From Sphagnum compactum (Eukaryota): DNA of 64,000 nt. Below, in pieces: positions 26,490 to 42,480 of this stretch (its first letter is position 1; the number at the start of each line of letters is the position of its first letter). Location of the stretch: contig OZ234494.1 of assembly GCA_965153455.1 (NCBI GenBank), positions 10,788,001 to 10,852,000 on the forward strand. Direction: 5' to 3'. A model generated the notes under the pieces. The model did not search any database and was not told the origin of the DNA. It saw nothing but the letters and a program-made list of their open reading frames with translations. The position numbers and the translations under genes are program-made.

Positions 26490-28807
26490 ACTCTGTTACA
26501 CTAGAGGGGGAAATCTACATGAGCTGGGTTTTCATGAAAGTATATCACTTTCCAAGGGAAACCAAGTCAATATTCCAGTCTGTTGCTAGACTAGCAGGTA
26601 TTCTCCCATGAAGGTGGTGAGATTGGCTAAGCAAAGCCTGTGCAATTGACATCTGCTGTGCTTGTATGGGATGAAAGAATGCTCCCAATCAGACTAGTTG
26701 GGAAGTTTAGAAGGTCATGAGATGTGTGTCCTAACTTTTGGACAGGACATGAAGGAGGGTTAATATTCTCCATCTGTTTTCGGGTTTTCACTGGGAAACC
26801 CCAGTTTTGTTTCTTACATGTTAACATGTCAGCATGTAGACCAAATTCAGTTTGACATTTCTCTGTTGTGCCGTCATCTATGGGATTGTAGTTTGACCCA
26901 GAAACACAGTGATGGAAGCATAGTGGCTTGAGATGTTTGGTCAAGATGGGTGAATGGGTGATTGAATGAACAAAGTCTTACTATGAAGAACAAATGGCAA
27001 CTACTTGTACTTGATGTTCCTGCGGGACGTGACACTGGGATAGTAGGTGAGTATGTATTCCAACGTTCCTCTTTTCTTACTCTGGATCCATGAGGCAACC
27101 GTCATGCCAAAGTGGGCACAAGAGGATTCAGAAAGGTATCTGATTTCCACAGGTTGGTGGTTTGTGTCTTTTTCCCCATAATGTCATGTGAACTACAATC
27201 TCAAACTTCAGCCACATTGTTCAACCCAACTCTTTGAATTATTTTATAAGGCAGATGCAGCTTTGAGTGCAGTTTATTCTTACTTTCATGGACAACGTAT
27301 TGCACACTATCTTGTCACCTGTTCTGCCATTTCAGATTGGATCAAATCTAATCCTAATTCAGATACTTTCCTCTGCCCATCTTCATCAATAAGTGGTAAA
27401 ATCTGAAGGGGATACTCTACTCTACGTAAAGGCATGATCTCTGCTTCTTACTCTAAGATTTGAACTCAGTTTCTCAAGGTTGCTCACTAGCATAGCATTA
27501 TGTGGGGCGGAAGGGGAGTGCTAAAGTGCTAAATGGATATTGTTTCCTTATATGTCTCTATGCATGTTTGTCCATCTTTCCCAAGCAATTCACAAAGGGT
27601 GGATACAACAACATTCATGAGTGTGTTTCTGAGCAACAAGGAAAATATAGCCTTGTTTGTCAATTCCAACAACCTCTGCAGGTTGTTGGTGGTCATGATA
27701 TTGTGCCTGGTAATGGGAAAAAGGTCTGTTGATATCTCTGCACACATGTTTCATCACTTTTCAGTATGGGTTGTATCTGCTGAAGGAGCCTACAAAAAGC
27801 TAATGAAAAATAGTTACTGCTCAGTGCTTTGGATGTCATAACCATGTTGGTGAGTAGAGAAAAAGAGAGAAGCAGTTATGTATAGGGATGAAGGTAGTTG
27901 AAAGGAAAGGAGGAAATTTTTAAGAAAGAAGTGAGATTGTTAGACTTGGGAAATGAACTAATTGTCTCTGGAATTGTCCACTGAGGACCATATGGTAAAT
28001 TTCATAACCTCATCAATATAGGGTACCAGTTCTCTCAAAATTTCACATCATGGGAATGAAAATTTTAATATGACATTTAATTAATAAAATAAAACTATAA
28101 AATCTTATTATATAAAAAAAAACCTGCACATCATAAAGGAAGGAGCTGAATTGGTCATATTTTTACTGGTGGGCCTGTGGAGAGAAGTTCCATGATCCAA
28201 CTTGAGATTGGACAATTGAGCTTGAAATTTGCACTTGAGGAGCCCCCACCCTTCGCACACTTCTCCCCTAAACTTTTTTGGCTCCCCTAAACTTGTTTGG
28301 GGACTAGAAACAAAACCAAGTCGATAATTGTGCACAAATTGCTCATCCCAATTTGTAAGCAAAAGACAAAGTGGTAGCAAATTGTCAAAGACGGATTCAA
28401 ACATATATACAGACTACATCTGGCTTTGCATGACAAGTAGTGTTGCACTCCAAAGTTTGATTTTCTTCACCCACAAGAGGGGATTGATCATTGATGGGTG
28501 TGAGGATAGGCTGCTTTGCTCGGGTGCACTTTCCATTGGAAAAAGTGGGCAAGCTTTTATGGTCTCTTGAATGTTATTATTGTTGGACTAAATCATTCAA
28601 AAAAGTTTGAATTTGTCAAGTTTTTATTACATAGCAAAGTTCACATTATGGACACACTCCCCAATGAGCCTAAAGTTCAAAGCAAGGTAACACAACCTAG
28701 GTGACTAGACTTAACCCACAGTCACAACAAACATTGGAAGCCTGTTTGTTTTATCAGTAGCAAAAACAGAAATTTAGTTAACCACTTATCATCTAGTGGG
28801 TTGTTAG

Positions 28808-29167
28808 CAGTGTTTTTTTTAATAAAAATTTTTAATAATTTTTTTAAATTTTAATTTATTATTATTTAAGTAATTTAATTTTCCAATTTTGGCACTGTGG
28901 CCACAAAAGAAAACCCACTGTCAATTGTACACTGGCTTTTTGGGGGCCAAAAAAAACCCATAAAAATCCACATATTCTGAGGGACAAAATTCACATGTTG
29001 TCATATTTAGAAAATCAGTTCCTATTGCTCACCAGAACTAGGCAGGATTCTTAAAAAATATATACTTCACTGTCTGACCTTTAGCCAAATTTGGCTCATT
29101 CCTCTTGTGGATGATCGCCAGTCCACCTACTTGACAAAATTGGACCCAAAAAAAAAAAAAAAACCTG
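28808..29167 (+). mobile_element. Non-autonomous hAT-type MITE, about 360 bp
   Basis: Ends CAGTGTTTTTTTT...AAAAAAAACCTG, flanked by GTTGTTAG (28800-28807) and GTTGTCAG (29168-29175), an 8-bp TSD with 1 mismatch. The core recurs elsewhere in the window. Confidence 0.75.
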
Positions 29168-30875
29168 GTTGTCAGTAGCTAAGTAGTAAAAACAGAAATT
29201 GAGTTAACCACCATGGTCTGGTAGGTAATTGAAACCCAATGAATTTTTTTTCCCATCCACCAATTATCCATCCATCCATCCATCATGGTGTGACTGTGGT
29301 TGTCAGTTTACATTATCCCAAACTTGGGTGAACTTAAGAAACCTACAACATGCATGATTTCTCTACACTGTTTTTTTTCAATAAATGGAAAGAGAAATGA
29401 ATATATGAACACTTCATACTTTTATTGGGCAATTTCGAAGAAAGGGAAACAAGACACACCACTCCTTCTAGAAAGGTTTAGAGACAACAAAGACATGAGA
29501 ATAACAATTGTCTCTCATATTTGAAAGTACTTCAAATCGTGACATGTCTTCAACTCAATGTAATTTAGTGAAAGCCTTTAAGATCCTCCTTCCATACCAT
29601 TCGTAAGTCCACTCAACACCAAAACCTAACCGACCAAATCATTTGAAATAAAATCATGTTCAAACTTTTGAAACTTTAAACATATCCAAAAGAGAGTGTG
29701 ATCTTTGAAAACTAAAAAAAAATTCTTTCGAATCATCTAAAGGAAAATGAATGTTGAATGAAACAACGTGAAGGAATGACATACATGTATTAATGGAACT
29801 TGAAACGGATTGAGTAGCATGACCAAGTAAAATAGTTTGAGTATAGTTTGGTGTCTAATGATGTTAAACACTAGGATAACAACAATCATGGACAAACCTT
29901 CTTTTTTAATTTGGAGGTTAAATTTTATTGATATTTGAAATTATATTGTATGTTTTCAATGTTTAAAAAGTTATTAATTTAGTAAGTTGACAATTTTTTT
30001 AAACCTATAAGTTTTCTTTTGTGATTATCCTGGTTAGTGTATTAATTTCATATTCAACTTCATTTTGTGATGTGAGCCTCCATTTTGTGGGCTATGCTGT
30101 ATATGCTTTTTCCATGTCCAAAATAGATTATGGATAATATAGGATTTTGTTATGTTTTCTATTGATATTTAACCAAATTAATGCCTTTACTTTAAGGTTT
30201 TCTAATGGATTTGATTTTCAGGTATTGTGTAATTTTCAAATGGTTTTTTAAAATAATTTGTTTGAGTATGTGTTTCCATGTGAAGACAAACTAAAATAGA
30301 TAGGCTGCACCAAAGGCCCATAAATGTTTAACCCAAAGCTCAAACGCATTGCACACCAAAACACAACCATATGGAGGTAATTGAAAACTCATTGTGAGGA
30401 CCCAATTGAAAATGTCAAAGCTTCCCCCCTCCCCTTCCCTAAGGAGATCTCCTTGGTTGAATTATTTGCCAGATTTTCTATGGAATAAAAGGGTTTCAAA
30501 GTTCCTTTTAAAAATCTAAAATCAATAACAAATTAGGTACCACAATTTAAACCAATTTCCAAAGTTTTGTAGCCAATCCCATCCAAAAGGAGCCCAATTA
30601 ACTAAGAAATATATCAAACTACCAGACACAATCCATGAAAGATATTACTATTATTCAAAAGAGAAACTTGTTTGTGGGTAGCTGAACGTGTTTTACTACG
30701 TGAATCACACACACCAAAAAAGAAAGCCAAAAAAGAGAGAAGAAAAAAAAGGAAATTATAATTAATGAAAAAATGAAAAAGAAATTTATATTATTTCTTG
30801 GGGTTTTTTTGTAAAGAAAAAGGTCTACCAACACTAAAAACAAGCTTGACAATTTGAAATAATAAATGGGTTTCT

Positions 30876-31006
30876 GCCACGTGGAGGATACAGGCCAATA
30901 ACTAATCAGCCAAGTGGAACAGAGGGAGGACATATGAGACACGTGGCAGAACTCCATTCGTTTAGCTTAGAGGGCGGGAATAGGAAGAAGTCTGCCGGGT
31001 GCATGC
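30876..31006 (+). promoter_or_regulatory. Candidate ABRE/G-box pair plus RY element upstream of the extensin-cadherin-like gene
   Basis: GCCACGTGG at 30876, GACACGTGGC at 30938, TGCATGC at 31000. Confidence 0.4.
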
Positions 31007-31302
31007 GTTTGTGTGCCCCGCGAGGACTCTGTCGCGCGCAGAGATCCGGCGTCGCGGGTGGTGCAGATTCCCAAAATTGCTTCTCATCTCGGCGATTTGT
31101 GAAGACAATCTGCCTCTCTCGTTTCCGCGTCTGTTCAGATCTGAAGGGAAAGAAAGAAAGAAATCATCCGATCTACTTCTTTGTAGTAGTGGTTTCCATT
31201 TTGTGCTCAGTAGTAGAGTAGCTTGGCAGAAGCTCGAGGACGTGAAGAAGACTCGAGAAGAAGATACAGTGTTTGCTGGGTTTGCAATTCGCGTAATACC
31301 CA

Positions 31303-33778
31303 ATGCAGGGAGTAAGAATAATCTGCTTTTTGTTGTTGTGCTCAATTTGGATACTTCTTCCTAGTGTCACGGAGCAGCGGAGCCTGGAAGAAGCACATAA
31401 TGATGATGATGATGATCTCAGGAAGGAAAGTGATCTTCTAGTGCAGAAGCTCCACGGCATTTCAAGATGGAATGGGGTTGATACTAGGGAGGAGGAGGAT
31501 TCTGGAGGTGCACAGCATGTTGACATGATCTGGGACTTACCGGCTGTCATTGCCAGCTCTCTCTCTCTTTCATCATCCCATCTTGCAGATCCTGCGCCTG
31601 AAGAAGACGAACCTCCTCCGCCTCCGGATGATGAACCGCCCCCTCCTCCTCCTCCTCCGCCACTTTCTCCTTCTCCTCCCCCTCCGTCTCCATCACCACC
31701 TCCACCAACGCCCTCTCCACCACCCCCTTCTCCTCCTCCTCCTACCCCATCACCACCTCCACCTTCTCCACCACCGTCGTTCCCATCACCACCTCCACCA
31801 ACGCCCTCTCCACCACCCCCTTCTCCTCCTCCTCCTACCCCATCACCACCTCCACCAACGCCCTCTCCACCACCCCCTTCTCCTCCTCCTCCTACCCCAT
31901 CACCACCTCCACCAACGCCCTCTCCACCACCCCCTTCTCCTCCTCCTCCTTCCCCATCACCACCTCCACCTTCTCCACCACCGCCATTTCCATCACCACC
32001 TCCACCACCCCCTTCTCCTCCCCCTCCTTCCCCATCGCCACCTCCACCATCCTTTTCTCCTCCCCCTCCATCTCCCGATCCGCCTCCACCATCCCCTTCT
32101 CCTCCGCCCCCGTCTCCTTCTCCTCCGCCTCCATTTCCCTCTCCCCCACCACCATCCCCGTTTCCTCCGCCTCCACCATCCCCTTCTCCCCCGCCTCCAT
32201 CAGCGTCTCCCCCTCCGCCTTCTCCACCTCCACCATCTCCTCCTCCTCCTCCTCCTCCCCCTTCGCCTCCTCCCCCTCCTCCCCCACCTCTCATTACACT
32301 GAGCAACCTGGTAGTGTCTCAGGGAGCGCTACTGTTGCCCCCTTTTGATGCGCATGTCTTCTCTTACCGCACATCAGTTGCAGAATACGTTTCTGCAATC
32401 CGCATCACTGCATATCTGCCTGCCGATTCCAAGGTATGTCATGTAGGAGTAGTGTATACAAAGCAGATTTGCTCATCATCATCGGCATTGCAAGATTTTG
32501 TTATCTTAGGTTTGAAACCAACTGTGTTGTGAAGCACACAAGACTTCCATGTGTTTCCATGCATCTGTTGAAGCACAGAGAGATTGCCTGTTTGCCATGT
32601 GTGTCTATGACATTGAATCCAAAGCTTTTTTTAACACATTTGTAGTTCATGGATTCTTTGTTTCCATGCATCATCTGTTGAAGCACAAAGATTTTTTTTC
32701 CGTGTCTGTCTATGACATAGAATTCAGAGCTTTTGGCACATTTGTAGTTGACAGATTCTTTCTTTCCATGCATCTGTTGATGCACATTATTGTGTTCCAT
32801 GTTTGCCTATGACATAGGATTCAGAGCTTTTTACATAATTTGTAGTTCACAAATTCATTGTTTCCATGTTTGTCCATGATACAGAATTCAGAGTTTTTGA
32901 CGCATTTGTAGTTCATGAATTTGTTGTTTCCATGTGTCTTTTTCCAGGACAGAGAATTTTGAACTCTGAAAATTTTGTAGCTTTGACACATTTGTAGTGT
33001 AGTTTTCCAAGAGTGATGATTGTCATCGAGTTAGTTTGGACAGTGCGAGATAAGTGGCAATTGCTTTGCATTCCTTGTAATTTGAACTGTGCACATCGGG
33101 TGGGCATGGTGCAGGACTATGAAATCAAGGTCAACACAATGTCAATGAGAAGTGGAGAAGAAAGCCCACCATTGCAGATTGGAGGCAATGAAGAAACAGT
33201 AGAGTTTGCAATTTATGTGTCAGCAGCTGAGCACAGACCTGTGGTCTACTCCCTCTCTGTCTATCGTGGTGAGATGTTCCATCCTTTTACTACCACTCTT
33301 TGTTTTATTGTTGAAAATTTCATGCACCCTTATTTATGGGGTCTCTAAGATGCACCATCATAAAGCTCTAACAGTGGTAGAAGGATTAGCATTAGCTGCT
33401 TAACGCATTCTGTGCAAAGCATGCCAGCAATGGAGAATGTTTTTATAGCAGATATGCGGGTGGAGAGAGGGACGTGTCAGATGTACTAAAGCAGCTCATG
33501 AGCACATTGCTGGGTGTTTGATGGTTTTTGCAGAGAAGAAGATGAGTTTCTGGTGGAAGGTTCTCAAATGGATTCTCATTGTGCTCTTAGCTATTCTGGT
33601 GATTGGGGGAATCCTGTATTGTTGCTTTGCCTTTTTCCGAGGTACACGAGCTCTTGGGGAGTCAGGAAGAACTCTTGGGTGGTGGCCATTTGGCTATTTC
33701 ACTCGACAACAGCAAGCTGGCGTAGAACCAGATCCTTCCCCTCTTTTGGCTGAAACATCTGAATCTTCTCAGCCTTGA
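31303..33778 (+). CDS. Type-I membrane proline-rich (extensin-like HRGP) protein with a cadherin-like beta-sandwich domain, about 509 aa
   Basis: Exons 31303-32433, 33115-33268, 33534-33778 (phases 0 and 1, consistent). Signal peptide MQGVRIICFLLLCSIWILLPS; about 225-aa SP3-5/XPSPPPP region; LSNLVVSQGALLLPPFDAHVFSYRTSV...IRITA...IKVN...SGEESPPLQIG...FAIYVSA...YSLSVYR (cadherin-like beta-sandwich pattern); TM WILIVLLAILVIGGILYCC; short cytosolic tail. Confidence 0.88.
32530..33000. repeat. Degenerate tandem repeat (about 5 units of 67-102 bp) in intron 1 of the extensin-like gene
   Basis: C.CATTTGTAGT-like anchors at 32635, 32737, 32834, 32901 and 32987, with repeated TTTCCATG and GAATTCAGAG. 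Confidence 0.85.
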
Positions 33779-34780
33779 AAATCCTTCATACTTCACTCAA
33801 TATCTGCTGCACTTCCATCTCCAGTGATAAAAGAAGAGTTTGAACTTGGAATGCCATTTCAGACAAAGTCAGGCCTTAATGACAAGCTCCAGGAAGCTTA
33901 CAAAAATGCTGCAGGTCTAATGCTCTCCATAGCTAAACATCATCACGAGTAATGCTTGGGTTGTAGATGATATTTGCCCCTTCATCTAAACTGAAGACAG
34001 TTTTTCTATGAATGTGAATTTCAGCCTGTTCTCCTTGGCAAATACGTTGGTCGACTGCCAAGGTTCATAGTGACCTGAGAACTTTGTAATCAAAAAGTAG
34101 CAAACACCACACACAACACGCACAGATTATGTAGCTTTATCTGTTTTCATTGGAGACATTCTTGAAACAATTGTACAAGATTCAACTTTCAGTTCTCATT
34201 CAAAACATAGTTGGACTAGACTGGTGTTTTGTCTTGGTTGTCCTCAAATCTTCAGAACTCTTAAAAGAAAACTGAGTTGTATCTCTGGCATTGGGGATGG
34301 AATAGTTGGGACTTAGTTAGATTTGGTAGCACAGAAATACACATCATGATGTCCAATAAGACTGGCTAATGCTCACTTGATCCAGTATGCCAACTAGCAA
34401 TCAAATAGCAAAAACACAGATGGAGCTTGTGAGAAAGAGTAAGCTTAATTAACTCACCTACTACTTCTGCAATGACTGAACTAGCCAGTACTCATACTTA
34501 ACCAAGAAGATTGCAATAAGAAACACACAGAAGCTGTTTTTGCTTGTGCATAGTCTACACTGTGTACATGCCGCAGAAATAATCACTAGAAAGATTCAGG
34601 TAATGAGGATCACATAATCCAGTGTATTGTGTTCTTTTACCAGCACCTAAGAAGCAATCAGGAACCTTTTTAACCACTTCAATTTTACTCCTCCATTGCG
34701 TGTCTGTTGCAGTTTGTCTGACTTCTAAAATAAAGGATTATTTCAATTTGTGAAGGAGTGTCTTACACATTACCAGAAGT

Positions 34781-37813
<3,033 letters not shown>

Positions 37814-40800
37814 TGATCGATTGTTCTCTTCTGAGCTTCAAGAAATCGGGCTCGCGAGATCCACAAACACTCGAATGAATTGCTCTCGCCAAAATCTACG
37901 AAACACTCTCGAATTGCTCACAAGGAAATGTGAAAGCGAATCCGAGAGAGAAATCGCGGGCAACGGAAAACCCTAACGAAGAAGAAAGACCTAAAATTGC
38001 ACCAGCAAGAGCATTCTAGAAAAGGTCGAATTTGTGGCCTTTTAGAGCGTTGTGACGTAATAAAAGGCCACATGACATGGTCATAATCACACACCTCGTG
38101 CAAAAAAACTGCGAATTCGTGGTCTAATTTGTGATGGATTGATTTTGTGAAAATTAAGTAACAATCGAATGAAAATGTTGAATGACATTGAAGTTGAATT
38201 TAATTCAATTCAATTCTAATTCAATAGTTGGATTAAGATTCCATCAAAGAAAAATGTGATGCAAATTGATGAAGTAGGTATTGACAATTGTCTCTATGAA
38301 AATAATAATAATAATTTAAGTTTGAAAATACACCTTTCCATGTCTCTTCATTTGGGATGGGTTCAACAAATTCCAATTTGAAACTCTCCAAGTGATGATT
38401 TGCGACTTATGAAACATAAAATTGTTCTTTTTAAATCAACTTTGATGAATCATCATCATTGAAATATAAGTAAAAGTGTAATGGTCTTGAACTTAATGGC
38501 AAAGTTTTCTTATGTTCCAACTAGTTGGACATGTATCAACTTTTGAACATACCAACTAGTTGGAACTTAAGAGTACCTTGATATTAACTCGTGTCCAAGT
38601 GTCATCATCTTCTAGTCCCCAATAAGGTGGATCGCTTTCATTCTAATTCATGTTGGGGAAAGTATGTGTAATACTTTTGGAATAATCAATTCCAAAACCA
38701 ACTCATCTAGAAAGGAGTGGATGAAACAAGATTAAGATTGGATTGTGAACAAAATACATTATAAGACTAGCAACTTCGTCTTCCTCTCAAGAAAGTTTAA
38801 TTTTGTGAACTTGCACCCACCTTTTCACAAAAATGAAAAATGCACATTTAAAAATGAATTCACAGCCAATCCACAATAGTAAACTACGAAATCATAATGT
38901 ATCACACATACAGAACATGGTCCTATAAATAAATTATAAGCCACAATATTGTAACCCAACATGCATGCATGCACACACTCTCACATACGTACATACATAA
39001 ATACACAAATATTGACAGCAATGCAATTATCATAAATAATTCGAATCAAAAATTGCAATTGAAAATAAACTAAATTTTAATCTTCTTGTCATGGTCATTT
39101 ATTGGCATGTAAAATTTAGACTTTTCACCATGTAACCACTTCTTATCAACGGTTAGAATACTTAAACCATTGTTAACCAAAGATTTTTTTTTCAATAGCC
39201 ATTGAAGCTTGCAATAAATCTTGTTTTATGATTTTGTTTAATGCTAAATCATCCAGTTTTTAAAGGATGTTCCATCGAACAAAAGTAGCTAGATCAAATG
39301 AATATAAAATATGGTGTGCACAATATAGGGGTACATAGAAAAAAAATTGTTTTGTTTTGTGGCCCCCTATTGGTGAATCCCCAAAAATGTCACTATAAAA
39401 CATGTTAATTAACTATTCATTCAAGGTTCAACACATGTTCAACATTGTAACAAATTAAAAGGGGATTAGTGCCAATGTTGTGTGCTACCATGTCAACGCT
39501 TACAATTATCATTGTCCACACATACATAAAACAAATGACGCAAAACACCTTAAAGGGTGCATCACATCCAAACATTTTAAGGTGAGGGACTAATAAGTCA
39601 AATGCATTTGTGAAGCCCATTGTTAGTTATTCAATTGTAATCCCCCAAATCCTTAACCAACTATGAATTATCATGAATAAAAACTTAGGATATTCCCCAA
39701 TGTCTAACTATAAATTTTTTTTGTTTATTTTGTGCATTAAGGGCAAAACCATTTTCTAGTCGACATTTCTGCCAATGGTGACATAAGACATCCCATATAC
39801 CATCCTCCAGAACACCAATCACAAATAAATATTATGGTTGCCCCTTAAGATTACCTACATAACATACTCCATTAGGCTAGCTAAAACAACAACAAAAAAT
39901 GAATCAATTTGGCCATCCACATTAGGAAGATGACATGGTGTGCAATTATGCACATGGTCTATCCCTATCTAACCATTTTAGCCTTCCAACAACAACACTC
40001 TGGAAGGTAGCACCTTTCGCGCGTCCAAAATAACACATCCTATAGTCACATCCAACATAGTTGGAAATGTTTGTTATAAGAACACATAATCTTTCAACTC
40101 AAATTTATGAACTTGAAGTCAATAACCACTTCTTCGCATGATGGCATAATGTAACATATCTTGGTGTTGAACAATGTTTAATTTTCTATAGCCATTGACA
40201 TTACTTGTTGGAACCAAATTATTCATTCTTCACATGTTTAAAGCCACACCTTTGGATCATCCAAATTGATTATTTCCATTGCATTCATCCATTTTGAAGC
40301 CCATACATATGCAAACCTCACTTCACCATCTACACCATATATTTAACTAACCCATTTTCCTTAGGACAATCTTGTGAAATCATCCGATGATCAACCAATG
40401 CTTTCTAACAAAACTCTCGGAATCCCCAACGGAATTCCACATTTCGATTGATGAGTATTTTGGTTGGGGTGCCAAACATGCTAAACACCCTATTTATAAA
40501 TGCATAAGTAGTTTTTTCACTATTATAACCCAACAACGGCACCAACTTTAGCCATTTTGAAAAGTGTTCGATCATAATCAAAACATATCAATTTGTAACA
40601 CTATCAAACTCAATGGGCCATCAAAATCCAAATTCCACTAATAACCAAACCCCGTGATGGGCAATAGCGATATATGAAGTGTATGTGCATTGAAGGATGC
40701 CTACATGTAGTTATACACCACACACCAAAAAATGAACTCTTGAACCTACAATTACATCCTTTAACATTTAATATTATGCTTGGAATAACCTATAAGTCTT

Positions 40801-40829
40801 TTGGACCCCAAAATTGGCCCAACTCATTA

Positions 40830-41254
40830 TTAACATGCCATGACATGTTGGAGATTTGGTGGCCACCAACATTTTTTCACTTGCAAACCCACCTCATTAT
40901 TCACCTTTTAGATGAATTAAAATATGTGGGCCTATGGAAAGGGGGTTGTGCTACCCTTTTGAGTGGTATTTGCATGTGTTGAAGTAGTATGTGAAGAACA
41001 AAGTTAAGCCAAAAAGTTGGATGGCATTAAGGTGCATGTATGACAAAATCTTGGGGTTCACCATTGAATATCTTGCATTATTTTCACAAACAAGGTGTTG
41101 GATTTGGAACACAAATGAGGAAATGGATATTGTCCATGTTTTGGTAGGGAGTGGGAAATTGAAGAACTTTTCATGTATGGAGATGCAAATGATATATGAA
41201 CGTGTAGTAGAAAATTCAATGGCCATTGAGGTATTTATAAGTATTTGTTTGTAA
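40830..41254 (+). mobile_element. Decayed CACTA (En/Spm) transposase fragment, DUF4218-like
   Basis: LEIWWPPTFFHLQTHLIIHLLDELKYVG, followed after a frameshift/stop by YVKNKVKPKSWMA...LGFTIEYL. This matches the En/Spm pattern FPPxFFD.M.HL..HL..E...GP / YV.N...PEG. Confidence 0.75.
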
Positions 41255-41959
41255 TGCAAATCAAGGTGCAAAGTGTTGGCCTTTTTTCCTATAATGACAA
41301 TGACATAATGGGTAGAATATGATGAATGGTTTGTACATTTGTGAATGTTTTGACCATTTGTAAGGAGTGCACAGAGGAACAATCCCACCATGAAGTGGAT
41401 AGAGTGAAGTTTAGGTCACATGCATGGGGGGATGTTGAAGGTGGGTTCATATTGAACTCCCCCTCATTTGCAAATAGATAGACCATCCTATGGCTGCACA
41501 CATTTGAATGGAAATGGGTGGAAATGGTCCATTGAACTATCATGATTTTTGGGTGAGGAGGCAAGCTACTGCATGAGCTTGAGCCTAGAGCTTAAAATTG
41601 GAACTTGGGATTGTAAAATGTTTTTTCCCATATACACATGCAAGTAAAACCCAAGAATTTAATCACAAAATGAATGTTGTACCAATATACCTAGAAGTAA
41701 ACATAAGGATGAATGTAAGCATTCACCCTCATTATGGATTAATGTTTTATTTTATCATTAAATTATTATAGATATTTTTTTCCACATAATTTTAATCAAC
41801 TAAAGTTTAATTCAACACACAATCTAATTATGTATGATATAACATTTGTTGATAGTATAATGTAAATTCCATTATAGATGTATTTCATTGCTATGGTTTA
41901 AAATGTTATTATTTTAAAATTTTCTTAACTATATTACCATTATTATGCTAGCATCCACC

Positions 41960-42480
41960 CCATGGTCATTGTTGTTAAAAAAATTATATATATATATATT
42001 CCAAACTAACTAACTAAGTGTCGTTGACAATAATGGGGTTTTTTCCTCCCCTTCCTTTAAAGGTGCCACAATTTATTTCAAACCTATTTATAATTATCAT
42101 TGGCAACAACGGGGGTTTTTTTTCATTTTTCATCAAGGATGCCATGACTTTTTTCAAATTTAACCAATGTTGTTGATAACAATTGGTTTTGAATGTTTTT
42201 AATATTTTTAAACTATGTAATGTAATTAGTGGTAATGGATTTTTGAAATAAACACAAATTTAATTTTAGGCACTTTAATTAGCTTTCCTCAAACAACCTA
42301 CTATCATAGATGACAATGAGGTTTGTTTAATAATTATTTAATTTTAAGGCACCCCAGTTTTCCATGAAATAAATATATAATGTTGTTAACAACAATTGGG
42401 GGGGGGGCAGGAGGGTGACATTCATTCCATGACAATATTTTTTGAATTGCTTAACATTGTTCATGAAAATGATTTTTTAA
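41960..42480. repeat. Array of degenerate palindromic motifs (TGTYGTTGAYAAYAATG-like), probably TE subterminal repeats
   Basis: Variants at about 42018, 42096, 42167, 42303, 42380 and 42455. Confidence 0.5.

Noticed and set aside
31173-32306. 377-aa glycine-rich ORF on the minus strand and the Leu/His-rich ORF 31550-32302
   Set aside because: Antisense and alternate-frame shadows of the CCN-rich proline repeat. The + frame has a signal peptide and in-phase downstream exons.
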